From contig OX597835.1 of NCBI GenBank assembly GCA_951406725.2, forward strand, positions 13,950,001 through 14,014,000: 64,000 bases of DNA, given 5' to 3'. Within the stretch, counting starts at the first letter, position 1; each line of letters opens with the position of its first letter. The notes beneath the pieces are model-generated. The model was not told the DNA's origin and did not search any database. It was given only the letters and a program-made list of their open reading frames with translations. This stretch comes from Octopus vulgaris. Taxonomy: Eukaryota. The position numbers were made by a program, and so were the translations under genes. Shown piece by piece: positions 1 to 16,418 of the stretch.

Positions 1-169
1 AAAGAGTCAGCAGAAGTTCGCCATTACCTTCTGCCAGAGCCGCGTGGAGCTTAGGTGTTTCGCTCATAAACACACACATCGCCCGGTCTGAGACTCGAAC
101 CCACGATCCCTCGACCGTGAGTCCGCTGTTCTAACCACTAGGCTATGTGCCTCCACAGACAGACAGATG

Positions 170-261
<92 letters not shown>

Positions 262-556
262 TGGCTGGTCTCTGGGAATACCCGGGTTTCACGTCCATAA
301 AGCTCTTGGCTTTACAGTTTTTCTTCAGGGTCTGAAGAAAAAGATGTAAAGCTATGCGTTTTATGGACTTGAAGCACAGGGTAACCCCATAGACCGGTCA
401 CATCTATCTATATACTCTACTGCTCTATAACTCACTGTGCTTTTTTTTCGGATTTAAAATTTACTGAAGATATATATGTATACATATATGATAGATCGTT
501 AGCTCCTACACACATTTTTTTCTCTCCTTGTTTCTCTCCTTGTTTTTTTCTGTGTA

Positions 557-594
557 TCTTTCTGTCGAAGAGCGTAGGCTTGAAACGTAAAAGA
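557..594 (+). ncRNA. Minimal hammerhead variant in a PLE-derived repeat
   Basis: TCTTT-CTGTCGA-AGAGC gtag GCTT-GAAAC-GTA-AAAGA; decayed sister copy at about 42403-42440. Confidence 0.5.
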
Positions 595-893
595 CTTGTT
601 CTATTTCTATTCCTGAGTGCCATACTAATACATTTGTTTGTTTGTACTCCACCTGCCTTCGTCCTTTGTTTATTTTCGTAAACCTTGCCGTTATACATAT
701 ATATATATATACATATATATATACATATTTATAGGTCCGATTAGCAGCATTTTGGGCGCTTAGGCAAATCAATAACCTGGGCCCTAATTGTAATTTCCTG
801 TCAGCAAACCGTTATAGCATGTTTATATTATATTAGAGGTAAAATCAAGAGCAAAGCAGAACGAGAATCTCGAGTCATTTAGAGAATTTGAAA

Positions 894-1174
894 CCTTACA
901 GCTGTTTCTGGGATAAGCCAAGCGGTTGGTTGGAAGTACCGACCTACCTCCAGATATTCTCTGGAAAAAGATGAGTTGCGAACATCATTCTCTTGCCGAT
1001 ATTCTTCTAACTAATTTACTCTTTATTCTTCTATTTTATTCCTTAAAAACTGTGAATTTTATTCCTTTGTAAACTGTAAATATTCCCGTCCAAAATATTC
1101 ATACCTTGCCTCTGATGACGGAATATCCAGTGCACGGACATATGCTAACCAACCACTTGGGTTATCCCAGAAAT
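894..1174. mobile_element. PLE-like element with inverted arms holding complementary halves of a hammerhead
   Basis: Plus strand CCT-CTGATGA...ttatcccaGAAAT (1109-1174); minus strand ttatcccaGAAAC-AGCT-GTA-AGG (894-920). Confidence 0.55.
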
Positions 1175-1183
1175 ACATACATA

Positions 1184-1297
<114 letters not shown>

Positions 1298-1345
1298 AAA
1301 CAAGTCAAGATAGAAAATGCTAAAATAATTTTATAAAGGACATTT

Positions 1346-1382
1346 CAGTACCGGTTTCAGTCATTTGAGACCTTTTCAACTG
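1346..1382 (-). ncRNA. Minimal hammerhead variant
   Basis: CAG-TTGAAAA-GGTC tcaaat GACT-GAAAC-CG-GTA-CTG. Confidence 0.5.
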
Positions 1383-1518
1383 TAACGATTAAATAATTAA
1401 ATTTAGAAAAATTAAAAGAAAAGTTTTTTTTTAAAGAATATTTGTATAGTGTTCAAATATAAGTGGCATTTTCCTTGTTTCTGCCTTCCTCTGTCTCTCT
1501 TCTTTGCACTTGTGGGTT

Positions 1519-2814
<1,296 letters not shown>

Positions 2815-2817
<3 letters not shown>

Positions 2818-2979
2818 GCAGAAGTGGCTGTGTGGTAAGTAGCTTGCTTGCCAACCACATGGTTCCGGGTTCAGCCCCACTGCGTGGCACCTTGGGCAAG
2901 TGTCTTCTACTATAGCCTCGGGCCGACCAAAGCCTTGTGAGTGGATTTGGTAGACGGAAACTGAAAGAAGCCCGTCGTA

Positions 2980-3031
<52 letters not shown>

Positions 3032-3233
3032 CGTGTTTGTCCCCCTACCATTGCTTGACAACCGATGCTGGTGTGTTTATGTCCCCGTCACTTAGCGGTT
3101 CGGCAAAAGAGACCGATAGAATAAGTTACTGGGCTTACAAAAAGAATAAGTCCCGGGGTCGATTTGCTCGACTAAAGGCGGTGCTCCAGCATGGCCGCAG
3201 TCAAATGACTGAAACAAGTAAAAGAGTAAAAGA

Positions 3234-3235
<2 letters not shown>
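2815..3235 (+). mobile_element. tRNA-derived SINE family A (internal TA/TG microsatellite)
   Basis: A/B-box head tggctgtgtggt...gggttcag, CORE-like ccttgggcaag, (aaaagagt) tail. Other copies near 20580-21482(-), 33238-33905, 40903-41417, 47505-47905, 50755-51100(-), 51349-51740, 52677-53045(-) and 57143-57350. Confidence 0.85.
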
Positions 3236-3291
<56 letters not shown>

Positions 3292-4122
3292 ATATAATAT
3301 TTTGTGCGGTATCCATAATTGTTTGTTTATGCTCAAGCAACGACAGGTGAAAAAAAAAATGACGTGTAGCGAAAGAGAGAAAAAAAACTGTAAATAATAA
3401 TATATAGTATAAATAATAATAATAGATATTGCGAACTCACCATAGAGCAGTAAGAGAAACGTAAACACCGCCTTTATCATGATGACAAAAAATGTTGTTT
3501 CCGATCGACCGTGTTGCTTAAATTTTGGCAGATCTTCAAATAAATCAATTGATATAGCGTTTAGCCTTTATAAGCAATGTTGGTCTGTTGTGGCCCGCAT
3601 TTGGTTTTGAAGAAATAAGGACTGCTCTGTCCGTAGTGTCTCACTTTAAACGTCAAAGCCGAGAAGAGAGATAGAGAGAGAGAGAGAGAGAGAAAAAAAA
3701 AGGAAGAAAAAGAAGTTATGACAGAGTGGGCGTGAGAGAGGGGATTGAGATAGAGAGGTAGAGAGAGAGTGAGTGATAGACAGAGGGGGGGAAAGTGGGG
3801 GTTACAGTGAGAGGAGAGACAGTAGGTAATTCGTTCAACTTAATAGTTACGAAATGTTTTTTAAGTTGACAGTAACGTGTATTTGGAAGTATGGAGAGAG
3901 AGAGAGTTGACAGATTTATTTCAAAATATACATTCGGATAAGTCCTTTATAGCCCTGACTGACGACACTTAATTCACCTCTTCAATAACTTTCCTTGGGT
4001 GTAGGGGTTTTTTGGGGTTTTTTTGCTTTGTTCTGGGGTTGTTGTTTTTTTTTCTTTTAAGGAGAGATTCGCTAAAGACGGAACAATGATAGATGAACGG
4101 GTGGATTAGACAGACAGATGGG

Positions 4123-4194
<72 letters not shown>

Positions 4195-4215
4195 CAGACA
4201 GAGAGACAGATGAGT

Positions 4216-4264
<49 letters not shown>

Positions 4265-4266
4265 TA

Positions 4267-4350
<84 letters not shown>

Positions 4351-5119
4351 ATGTAGATTCCAGGAAACTTTTTCCAAACTTTGAAATCAGAATTCTATAC
4401 TGTCTGTTGGAATCGCCATCACCAACTTTGTTTTGGTTCTGTTATTCGTCCGGGATCCGATGTTAGCAAGACAAAAATATTGTGTCCCGTTCTCACGCCA
4501 AGGAGTCCCCTCTGCAAAAGGAAGCCATGTCGTTTTACTGCTGTACTTTCAGTTGTTGTTAATGTCAGGGGTTGGGTGGATGGGGTGGAAAAAGGAGAGA
4601 CCGTTTCCGTCACCAACGATCCGGGCCGAAAGCAATGTCTTAAACGCGAGAAAAATCGCAATAAATTTTAGAATATAAATACAAATAAAGAACTGTTTGG
4701 TTTTTTTTTTTTTGCTACAAATTACACTTCGAGACTGTTTTCGGAACTTGAAAAACAAAATTTTTTTTCTCCTTGTTTCTCTCGATGTGTATGTGAATGC
4801 GTGTGTGTGTCTGTGTCTCTGCGTGCATGTATGTGTGCATACGCGCACTCCTTTGCGTGTAATGTATTTTAATTAGCACATTATCTCCTCTGTCCGTTCA
4901 CCATTGAATGACTGACTATTGCCACTTCTTCTTCTCCCTCCTCTTCGTCTTTTTTTTTTTTTTTTACCTTTCTACAGTAATCTACCTGTTTACTTTACGC
5001 CTCACCTTTCTACCCCACCATCACCACCACCACCACCACCAACAACAACAACTACAAGTTAACCAGCACTTTTCGCCAAATAACCGAAATAAAAAAAAAA
5101 AATCACAACAGAATTACTT

Positions 5120-5450
5120 GCTGGGGGGGGGGGGGTACTTGCGAGCGACAGCGGCGGCGGTGTCGGCGGCGGCGGTGTCGGCGGCGGCGGTGGTGGTGGT
5201 CGTGGTGGAATCGGTGGTGAACGAAGGCGGGTGTGACGTCAGACAGACAGACAGACAGGCGTGTGTAGGACCTTCGACTTTTGAGTTCATTTGAAATCAC
5301 TTAATGTCTCTAAAACAACGCATTTACGTAAATTATATTTCTGGAGAAGAATTGACGATGAGGTATTTTTAGAACTTAATCTCTGGCGTGAAATGTGAAA
5401 TTACCGGGAATTGAAACCGCGCACATAATTGAACCGTTACAACGACTATT
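5120..5450. promoter_or_regulatory. CpG-rich promoter-like segment with a full CRE
   Basis: (GGC)n runs, TGACGTCA at 5234-5241 and TTACGTAA at 5324-5331 in unique, CpG-retaining sequence; no gene assigned. Confidence 0.4.
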
Positions 5451-5914
5451 TTTTTTAAAATTTAGTTTTCCTTATTTTTTTTCTTTTGTTTTCATGTTAT
5501 TTCTCCTATTTAACCTAAAATGCTAAGATTACAGATACATTTCATTAGAAAACTACATTCTCCAGTGACGAACAATAATAATGATAATCCTTTATAAAAA
5601 AAAAAAGACTCCGCCGGTTACGACGACGAGGGTCCCAGCTGATACGATCAACGGAACAGCTTGCTCGTGAAATTAACGTGCAAAAATGGCTGAGCATTCC
5701 ACAGACACGTGTACCCTTAACGTAGTTCTCGGGGATAATCAGCGTGACACAGAGAGTGACAAGGCTGACCCTTTGAAATACAAGTACAACTCATTTTTTG
5801 CCAGCTGAGTGGACTGGAGCAACGTGAAATAAAGTGTCTTGCTCAAGGACACAACGCGTCGCCGGGAATCGAACTCACAACCTAATCCTTTATACTATAG
5901 GCACAAAGCCTGAA

Positions 5915-6730
5915 AAATGGTAGGAGGGATTATGTCGATTTCATCAAGCCTTGTACTCAACTGGTACTTAATTTATCGACCCCGAAAGGATGAAAGGCAA
6001 AGTCGACCTCGGCGGAATTCGAACTCAGAACGTAAAGACTGACGAAATACCTATTTCTTTACTGCTCACAAGGGGCTAAACACAGAGAGGACAAACAAGG
6101 ATAGACAAATGGATTAAGTCAATTATATCGACCCCAGTGCGTAACTGGTACTTAATTTATCGACCTCAAAAGGATGAAAGGCAAAGTCGACCTCGGTGGA
6201 ATTTGAACTCAGAACGTAAAGACAGACGAAATACCTATTTCTTTATTACCCACAAGGGGCTAAACACAGAGAGGACAAACAAGGACAGACAAACGGATTA
6301 AGTCGATTATGTTGACCCCAGTACACAACTGGTACTTATTTAATCGACCCCGAAAGGATGAAAGGCAAAGTCGACCTCGGCGGAATTCGAACTCAGAACG
6401 TAAAGACAGACGAAATACCTATTTCTTTACTACCCACAGACAGGACAAACAAGGACAGACAAACGGATTAAGTCAATTATATCGACCCCAGTGCGTAACT
6501 GGTACTTATTTAATCGACCCCGAATGAAGGAAAGTCGACCTCGGCGGAATTATCAGAACGTAAAGACAGACGAAATACCTATTTCTTTACTACCCACAGA
6601 CAGGACAAACAAGGACAGACACGGATTAAGTCAATTATATCGACCCCAGTGCGTAACTGGTACTTATTTAATCGACTGGTCCCCTCTCCCAAAATTTCGG
6701 GTCTTGTGCCTAGGGTTGAAAAGTATAATA
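5915..6730 (-). mobile_element. Multimeric SINE array (~184-bp units)
   Basis: About four head-to-tail units containing atcgaccccgaaaggatgaaaggcaaagtcgacctcggcggaatt. Confidence 0.85.
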
Positions 6731-7358
6731 GAAAAGAAAGAAAAAATGGGAAAGAAATTTCGGAGGTGTGCATTTCTGTGGATTTGATCAGAGACGGTGT
6801 GGAAACTGAAACAATGGCAGACACATTTTAGGCATTCAAAAGAACACAAACACTATTAACTTCATTTGAACATTTATTATTTGGAGTCAAAATTTTCGTC
6901 GCAGATTTGCGACCTTATTCACTGACACAGTTCAGCTGTCAGAGTTGCAGTTGGTTACGTTGCTCCAGTTCACTCAGCTGTAGAAATGAGTTGCGACGTC
7001 ACAGGTGCCAAGCTGTATCGGCCCCTTTGCCTTTCCCTTGGATAACATCAGTGGCATGGAGAGGGGGGGCTGGTATGCATGGGCGACTGCTGGTCTTCCA
7101 TAAAAAACAACCTTGCCCAGACTTGTGCCTCAGAGGGTAACTCTCTAGGTGCAAACCCATGGTCAGTGTCTGACAAAAGGGGGTCACCACCATGTTTTAA
7201 ATGGCAGAAAAGAAAACTCTTCCAAATATAAAAAAAAAAATGTCAGAAAAAGGAATAGTTTATTGGTGTTTTTTTTCATTCTTTGATTCCAATATTCCGA
7301 TTCCGTCACCCCCGACCCGTTCTAAAATATTCACTTCATATATTAATATAAACGACAT

Positions 7359-8090
7359 CAAGGCAGCGAGATGGCAGAAACGTTAGCACGCCGGGCGAAA
7401 TGCGTAGCCGTATTTCCTCTGCCGTTACGTTCTGAGTTCAAATTCCGCCGAGGTCGACTTTGCCTTTCATCCTTAAGTACCAGTCTCGCCCTGGGGTCGA
7501 TACAATCGACTTAATCCGTTTGTCTGTCCTTGTTTGTCCTCTCTGTGTTTAGCCCCTTGTGGGTAGTAAAGAAATAGGTATTTCGTCTGTCTTTACGTTC
7601 TGAGTTCAAATTCTACCGAGGTCGACTTTGCCTTTTATCCCTTTCGGGGTCGATTAAATAAGTACCAGTTATGCACTGGGGTCGATATAATCGGCTTAAT
7701 CCGTTTGTCTGTCCTTGTCTGTCCCCTCTGTGTTTAGCCCATTGTGGCTAGTAAAGAAATAGATATTTCGCCTGCCGCTACGTTCTGAGTTCAAATTCCG
7801 CCGAGGTCGACTTTGCCTTTCATCCTTAAGTACCAGTTTCGCACTGGGGACGATATAATCGACTTAATCCGTTCGTCCTCTTTGTGTTTAGCCCCTAGTG
7901 GGTAGTAAAGAAATAGGTATTTCGTCTGCTGCTACGTTCTGAGTTCAAATTCCACCGAGGTCGACTTTGCCTTTCATCCCTTTCGGGGTCGATAAATTAA
8001 GTACCAGTTGCGTACTGGGGTCGTTCTAATCGACTGGTCTCCCCCCAAAAAAAAAAAATTTCGGGCCTTGTGCCTAGAGTTGAAAAGAAT
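7359..8090 (+). mobile_element. Multimeric SINE array, same family
   Basis: Head aaggcagcgagatggcagaaacgttagc followed by about four units. Confidence 0.85.
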
Positions 8091-8585
8091 ATAAGCCACG
8101 TCTGTTTGTCATGTGCTAATTGACCGGCTTTCGGTCTATTTATTGACATGCTTTCCACTGAATGCCTTTCCGCTGTTTATTCCTCATCGTAACATCTGCA
8201 AGTAATTTAAGGCCGAATAACAAGCAAAGACATTATGACACATTCTTGGAATCTGGTAACAACTCTAAACAGAAATTAATGCTTTTGACAAATTGCGTTG
8301 AAAAGCTTTTAGCAGCGAATGCAAACTTACGAATTGCACAACTTCTTTTCAATTTCTTTTTCTTTTTCTTAATCTCGCAAATATAGAAAGGCTTGAAATT
8401 TGGTGGAGGGGTAAATCTATGCCATGAACCCCAAGACTTTATTAATCCTACTTTATTTTATCGACCTCGAAACAAGTAAAAGAGAGAAATAGATATGTAT
8501 ATGGATACACTAAACACGTATAGAGCGAGAAGGATGCCGACAAGCTGGGTTAAAAGTATATATATATATATATATGTGTGTGTGC

Positions 8586-8630
<45 letters not shown>

Positions 8631-8634
8631 GATG

Positions 8635-8665
<31 letters not shown>

Positions 8666-8670
8666 GATAT

Positions 8671-8762
<92 letters not shown>

Positions 8763-10346
8763 ACCTTCCACAAGAGTAAACAAGAGAGACAGAGAAAGGC
8801 AGAAACAAGGAAAATGCCACCCTATACAAATATTCTTTAAAAAAACTTTTCTTTTAATTTTATTGTCCTACTTTATTTTATCGGGGAGATGTCAGCGTGA
8901 CACAACGAGGGTTCCGATCCGAATCAAGGAACAGCCCTTTGAAATAACGTGTAAGGTAGCAACAGACACGTGTACGTAGTTCTCGATATTAAGCGTGAGA
9001 GAGTGACAAGTTGTACAGGTACAACAGAAACAGGAAGTAAGAGTGAGAGAAAGTTGTGGTGAAAGAGTACAGCAGGGATCACCACCATCCCCTGCCAGAG
9101 CCTCGTGGAGCTTTAGGTGTTTTCGCTCAATAAACACTGACAACGCCCGGTCTGGGAATCGAAACCGCGATCCTATGACCGCGAGTCCGCTGCCCTAACC
9201 ACTGGGCCATTGCGCCTCCACAAATAAGTAGTTATGACTATTATAACAGTGTGCGACAAAACTTTTATTTTATTTTATTTTTTCTTTTGCTTTTGATCAC
9301 CTTGAAAGAATAAGAACTGTTTTTTTATTTGAAATCAAGTAGTTAGGAGGAAATGCACTACTATTCGGTTACGACAACGAGGGTTGCTTTTGATCCGAAT
9401 CAACGGAACAGCCTGCTCGTTTAGAAACATTCAGACAGATTAAGCTGAGTTGCTGAAGCAGAAATATCGTTATAGCAACTATTCTGCTCAATACCACAGA
9501 CTTGCTTGTCACTTGTTTGACCTTAAACACTTGAGCATGTCCCTTAGTGGCTGACAATATGTGCATCTCTGACCACGAGCAAGAGTAGTGGGGGAGCATT
9601 ATAGCCATGTGTTGAAAGGGGTTCTTTGAAGTTTGAACAAATCTAACAAAAGCAATTTCAATATTGAGGGAATACAAAGAGAAGAAAATAGAGAATAAAT
9701 GGATGTAATTACTGATTTATTAGCAGGATGTATTGAGATGATGCTTGGTTTTTAAATATTACAAATAAATAAATTGATTGGAAGTTGAAAGCTCAAACAT
9801 TGCTTTTGTGACCAGGACATCGGCGTTTAGAAACATTTCAGACAGATTCATCGACTTGATGGGAATCTCTAAGCATATTGTTTAATGGCAAGGAAGTTGC
9901 CACATTCACACTATATTGTGATAGGACTTCTTTTGGCATCAAAAAGAGCAAACGCATCTTAGGCGATCGTTTTATTTTTTTTTGAGAGAAGTGTATAGTG
10001 TTAGCAGGTTAAAGTTAAAAGCTATATTTTGAGATTTTATTAGCTTGGTCGGTTTCGAATATTTGTGAATAACACCGTATACAAAATTATTTTAATTAGT
10101 AAACAGATAAATAAATAGAAAAATAAATAAATAAAATGATGAAAAATGTATGAAAATATGACAAAATAATAATGATTTAAAATGACAGTGAGAACATCAA
10201 AACATAAAATAATGTGAAATAAAATAAGAATAAAAGAATAAAAGAATAAAAACAGAGTAAAATAAAAATATATTGCAGGCATATGTATATGGATACACTA
10301 AACACACATGGAGCGAGAAGGATGCCGACAAGCTGGCTTGGGTAAA

Positions 10347-10415
<69 letters not shown>

Positions 10416-10451
10416 GTGACGCATATTTGCCATTTGAATATGGCTAACCCC

Positions 10452-10482
<31 letters not shown>

Positions 10483-10858
10483 GTGTATGTATATATATAT
10501 ATATATATAGTACAAAGTAAGATAGGGGTTATGAGGGTAACCCACTATGGGATATCAGTTATCCAATATACTGCTGGTGTAGCACCCAAATGCCAAATAC
10601 ATACATGCTTATAATTGCAATGCAATTAATTCATTTATTGTATCGGATGGGCGAAGGTAAAATATTTTACCGTAAATTCATAATACAAATAAGAAAATGG
10701 AGGAACAAATTCATTTCAATCATCAACTTACAGATATTATAATGTAATATAATATAGAGACAAATGCTTATGAAAGATGTAAGCACATTAATTCAATAAA
10801 CTATGTCAGTATATTCATATATCATACAGTCAAAAACGAAACTTCAGTCTTATTCTGC

Positions 10859-10891
<33 letters not shown>

Positions 10892-11250
10892 TACAGGTAA
10901 CAAACACATGCATATGCATATACATACATACGCATAAACATACACTAATGCATATAAAGAATTTTTTTCCTTTTCATCATACAAAAGATATATGTATATA
11001 CATACGTACAGTTTACAGATCAAGAGATAAGGGATAGGCCATTACGAGCTACGCTTATAACTGCATATTACCTCAATACATCTGACTAATATAGGCAGAA
11101 TGAGATACTTTTATCTATAGGCCGAAACAGCTGTAAGGACCATTTTATGTGTATTATTCTTATGGTATTATTATCTTGCATATTGATGGATATTGTTTTG
11201 TTCGATTTGGATGTTCCTATTTATATAGTTAATAAATAATATGAGATGGT

Positions 11251-12150
11251 ACAGAGACCTGGGTGTAATTGTTGATGACGATCTCAGTTGGAGTGCACAC
11301 ATCAACAAGAAGGTCGATATAGCTCGTAGGATGAGTTCCTGGATCTTAAGAACTTTCCGGTCCAGAGATCAAGGTGTCATCATACCACTTTTCTCCTCCT
11401 TTGTACGGCCACACCTTGAATACTGCTGCCCAATGTGGTCTCCCCTTACAAGACAAAACATCTCCAGAATTGAGTCATCCCAGAGGGCACTCACTAAACG
11501 AATTGAAGGCATGGCTGCTCTCAATTATTGGGATCGCCTTAAAGCCTTGAAACTTTACTCCCTCCAGCGTCGCCGTGAGCGGTACATCATTTGTACGATG
11601 TGGAGAATATACCGCCAGCTTTGCCCAAACGACCTTAACATTAGCTTCAAGGTTCATCCAAGACTGGGACCACGGGCCATACGTCCCCTGCCCAATTCAA
11701 GATCACGACATACATGTACACTGCAACATAATTTCTTTTCCTCAACAGGCCCTGCCCTATTTAACATTGTCCCGAGGGAGATCAAAGAGGAAAAGGATCC
11801 CATCAACTTTAAACGGAGTCTGGATAGATTCCTTCAAAGAATACCAAATAAGCCACCCATAATTGGATACAATTCACCCAATAAGAACTCGCTACTTGAA
11901 CGAAACTTGATACAACTCACCCAACAAGAACTCACTACTTGAACAAAACTTGATACAACTCACCCAACAAGAACTCACTACTTGAACAAAACTTGATACA
12001 ACTCACCCAACAAGAACTCACTACTTGAACAAAACTTGACTTAAACAAAACTTGACTTAAACAGGATTCGAATAATCCTATCAGGTGGTGCTATTAAGTT
12101 AGACATGGCCTGGACCAATCTTTGGTCGAAACATATCTAAGTTATCTAAG

Positions 12151-12152
<2 letters not shown>
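11251..12152 (+). mobile_element. 5'-truncated CR1/L2-group LINE (ORF2 C-terminus and 3' UTR)
   Basis: RDLGVIVDDDLSW, VRPHLEYCCPMWSP, YWDRLKALKLYSLQRRRER; 43-bp tandem repeats at about 11890-12040; tail (atctaagtt)2. Confidence 0.9.
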
Positions 12153-12189
<37 letters not shown>

Positions 12190-12249
12190 CATAGACGCAT
12201 ATGTGTATATATATATATATATGTATATGTGTATATATATATATATATA

Positions 12250-12287
<38 letters not shown>

Positions 12288-12323
12288 ATATATATATGTG
12301 TGTGTGTGTATATATATAACGTC

Positions 12324-12364
<41 letters not shown>

Positions 12365-12490
12365 AAACAGTAAAAAATAAATACAGACATGGACAAGAAC
12401 ATGAAACACCAAAGAGACGACACAAGAACCACAGGACGGCACATTCGAAGCCCTTCAGAAATCATAACAGTATATAGATATATAGATCAT

Positions 12491-12524
<34 letters not shown>

Positions 12525-12549
12525 TTGTGTGTGTATATATATATATATA

Positions 12550-12632
<83 letters not shown>

Positions 12633-13169
12633 GATAAAATGTAAACGAGTTGATTATAGAGGGAAATCGAATTTGGTTGATCTAAAAATATATATAAATT
12701 ATAAATATCATACCAGACACACATATCAAATTACTAAATCTACGGCACTCCGTCGGTTGCGACGACGACGAGGGTTCCAGTTGATCCTATCGACGGAACG
12801 GCCTGCTCGTGAAATTAACGTGCAAGTGGCTGAGCACTCCACAGGCACGTGTACCCTTAACACAAAGCAGTTGTGGGTGGGGCTGAAAAGCCATTTGCCC
12901 AATGTGCCACGCAAAAGAGGGGACCCAACTCAGGGCATCTATGTTACAAAGTTGACTTCTTAACCACAGAGTCATACCTTACTACCATTGACTACTACAA
13001 ACAACAGATTGACGAGGGAAGGATGACGTCCCTTTGCAAATACTTTAGGGCACAGAAAGTGTGCCTAAAGCCAGCTGGAGGAGATGTTCTCCTGGGGCTA
13101 CAAGCTACAGTAACACCCACCCTTAGTGGTTAGCCATATTGAGATGGCAAATATACCTCATATATATAC

Positions 13170-13209
<40 letters not shown>

Positions 13210-13517
13210 CGTCATCACCGTGACCGACCAGGCTATCAGATGTTGCTACACATCGCTGGTCACAATGCGCTTCGCATTGTTTTAGCCTTCAAATGACGCC
13301 ACCCCGCTGGCTAAGCGAGCAGAGCCAACAGAAGAAAAGAGTGAGAGAAAGTTGTGGCGAAAGAGTACGGCAGGGATCACCACTACCCCTGCCGGAGCCT
13401 CGTGGGGCTTTAGGTGTTTTCGCTCAATAAACACTCACAAGGCCCGGTCTGGGAATCGATATGACCGCGAGTCCGCTGCCCTAACCACTGGGCCATTGCG
13501 CCTCCACACACACACAC

Positions 13518-13633
<116 letters not shown>

Positions 13634-13871
13634 AAGGTACTAATTTGTGTATGTTTATTATCACAATATTAAGTCGAAAAACTGAGACGTTAAATATGGA
13701 ACACATATATGTTTACTAATTTGTATTATTTATTTATATCATTATGTATATGTATATTTTTATATGTATAAGAGTGTGAGTATATGCACTCATGTGTATA
13801 TGTATATGTTGTATTATGGGTATGCACCCACACCCATGTGGGTATATATGTAGACTGATTTATATTGCATA

Positions 13872-13998
13872 ATCTCCGAAGAGGCCTTATGATATTTTTG
13901 TAAATGTCTCATTTAAATATATATATTGACCTACCATAAAAGGCTAATATTGGTAAAATGTGACATACTTATCTACATGGCCGAAACAGCTGTAAGAT
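13872..13998 (+). ncRNA. Type-I hammerhead with long stem-II insertion, in a PLE-like element at about 13630-14245
   Basis: ATCT-CCGAAGA-GGCC...(~92 nt)...GGCC-GAAAC-AGCT-GTA-AGAT; related 3' halves at about 11120 and 29023. Confidence 0.65.
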
Positions 13999-14242
13999 GT
14001 AATCTATACTTATATTTATATTTACTTATATTTATATTCTCTTTTATATATATTCTACTTATTATACAACATTACTCTTTTATGTACACTTTTTATGTAC
14101 ATTCCTTTATGTACACTGAGTTGTTCTGCTTTTTTTATGTTTAACCCTACAGTCTCTTATGTGGTGGTTTAATAAAGTATGTGATTGAGTATTATCTGGT
14201 AATTGATATTTGATTTAGATGTATTTCTCCATTTTCTTATCT

Positions 14243-14299
<57 letters not shown>

Positions 14300-14866
14300 C
14301 ATTCCACCTAATCACTTGGGCTATTTCCCGTTTGCAAGTAGGCTCTCAATGTTTTAGCCTGCGCATTTAAAATGTCATTCAGTAACGAACACACACACAC
14401 ACACACATATATACATCCCACATACACACACATACATACATATACATATATATATACACACATATACATACATACATACATACATACACACATACACACA
14501 TACATACATACACAAAGACACACATACATACATGTATATATATGCATACACACATACATACATACGTACATACATACATACATACATTCATACATACATA
14601 CATACATACATACATATACATACATACATACATATACATACATACATACATACATGCATACATACATACTAGAGTTACCTATATATGACGTTAACTATAC
14701 TATGTATAATAATATTATTTATTAGAATCTAACACTTTGAGTATACACACACACACACACATTATATATACAAAAATTCATACATATATATATATATACA
14801 TACATACATATAATACATATACACGCACATATATACATATATAGATAGATAGAAAGATAGATAGAT

Positions 14867-14911
<45 letters not shown>

Positions 14912-14942
14912 CATACATACATACATACATACATACATAGAA

Positions 14943-14975
<33 letters not shown>

Positions 14976-14978
14976 AAC

Positions 14979-15041
<63 letters not shown>

Positions 15042-15143
15042 CAGACATAGATTGATGGATACATACATATACATACGTATATGCACACACACATACTTAC
15101 ACATACACACACACATACATTCATGCATGCGTGCGTGTGGTGT

Positions 15144-15228
<85 letters not shown>

Positions 15229-16418
15229 CTACCGTCCATTTTCATTCTTATATCATCAAAAATATCAAAAATACTTCCTGCCTTATCTTATATAAATAAT
15301 ACAAACACTAGTCTCATTGAAAGACATGAGGTGTCAGTATTTATCTCTTCAGACATATTGGCAATATTTTCTGCTTCCTCCAACTGAATTGGCCCCCTTT
15401 TTTTTTTCATTGCTGTCGCTACAGCCGTTGTTGTTAGTGTAGCCCTAGGTTCCTCCTAATCAAATAGATGCATCATACGCTGTTAGTCTGTTCCGCAGTT
15501 GCTAGATAAGCCCCCCCCCCCCCACGTAGCTATTATACAAGACGTACCATGTCGAGCCGGCTTGACCGATGGCAGGGTCACCACTGAAGTTATACTCCGT
15601 CGAGACAGCAGCAAGATATAAAGTTAAAATGTTATCTGAAATGTCTGTTCGTCCTTCCTGTCCTTAAGGGCGACCAGATTGACAGCTTTATTCTTTTTGT
15701 GGGTCTTGCGGTGGCTTCTTGGGTCAATATTGGCGTAAAATCTTCGATTATAGTTGTGGGTGGGAGGGCGAAATAGCAACAGAGCTGCTTGAAATACTCA
15801 AGGATCTGCCGGTGCTAAGCACTTCTTCCTTTGCCCGAACAACGACCACATACTATAAGCCGCCGAGTGTGTGAGTTTGTGATAGACAACTTCCGGCTGT
15901 TGATCACATATTCGCACACTAAACGGCCCCGGCTATGTCATGTCGTCACTTCCCTATCGCCACAGGACTTCCGAGTATGTAAAGTCACACTGACATGCGT
16001 CAGACAGATTGTTATGGTGAGGAAGTATAACGGAAAAACTGTTGCACCCTCTTTTATTGTTCTTAAGACAGGTCGCTCTTGGCTGCACTGGTAACGTGTA
16101 ACTCAGTAGATCCCGTCGCTTTGTAGGCGGCCAAACCGGTTGTCCTACTAAGCTTGCTTCGTAGGAAGGAAGGTCTTCCTTGAACATACTGTAGGAAAAA
16201 AAGCAGAAAAATATACATACCAGGTTTATCTGCCCCAGAGGTGGATGAACTCTTGTTTAGAGGGGCTTGGTCCTATGCAAGAGCTTCCCTCACTTTAAAA
16301 ATATTCAAGCACAGGCAAGTCCATCTGTTGTCTAGCAGATCATACTTTTTTTAAGTATTGACGAAGGGAGTCGACGCTAAAAGAAAATCAGGTGTGGAGC
16401 CTTCACAGACAGTAGAAT

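Noticed and set aside
15540-16410. Possible degraded LINE endonuclease region
   Set aside because: Only vague motif resemblance; cannot be assigned without a search.
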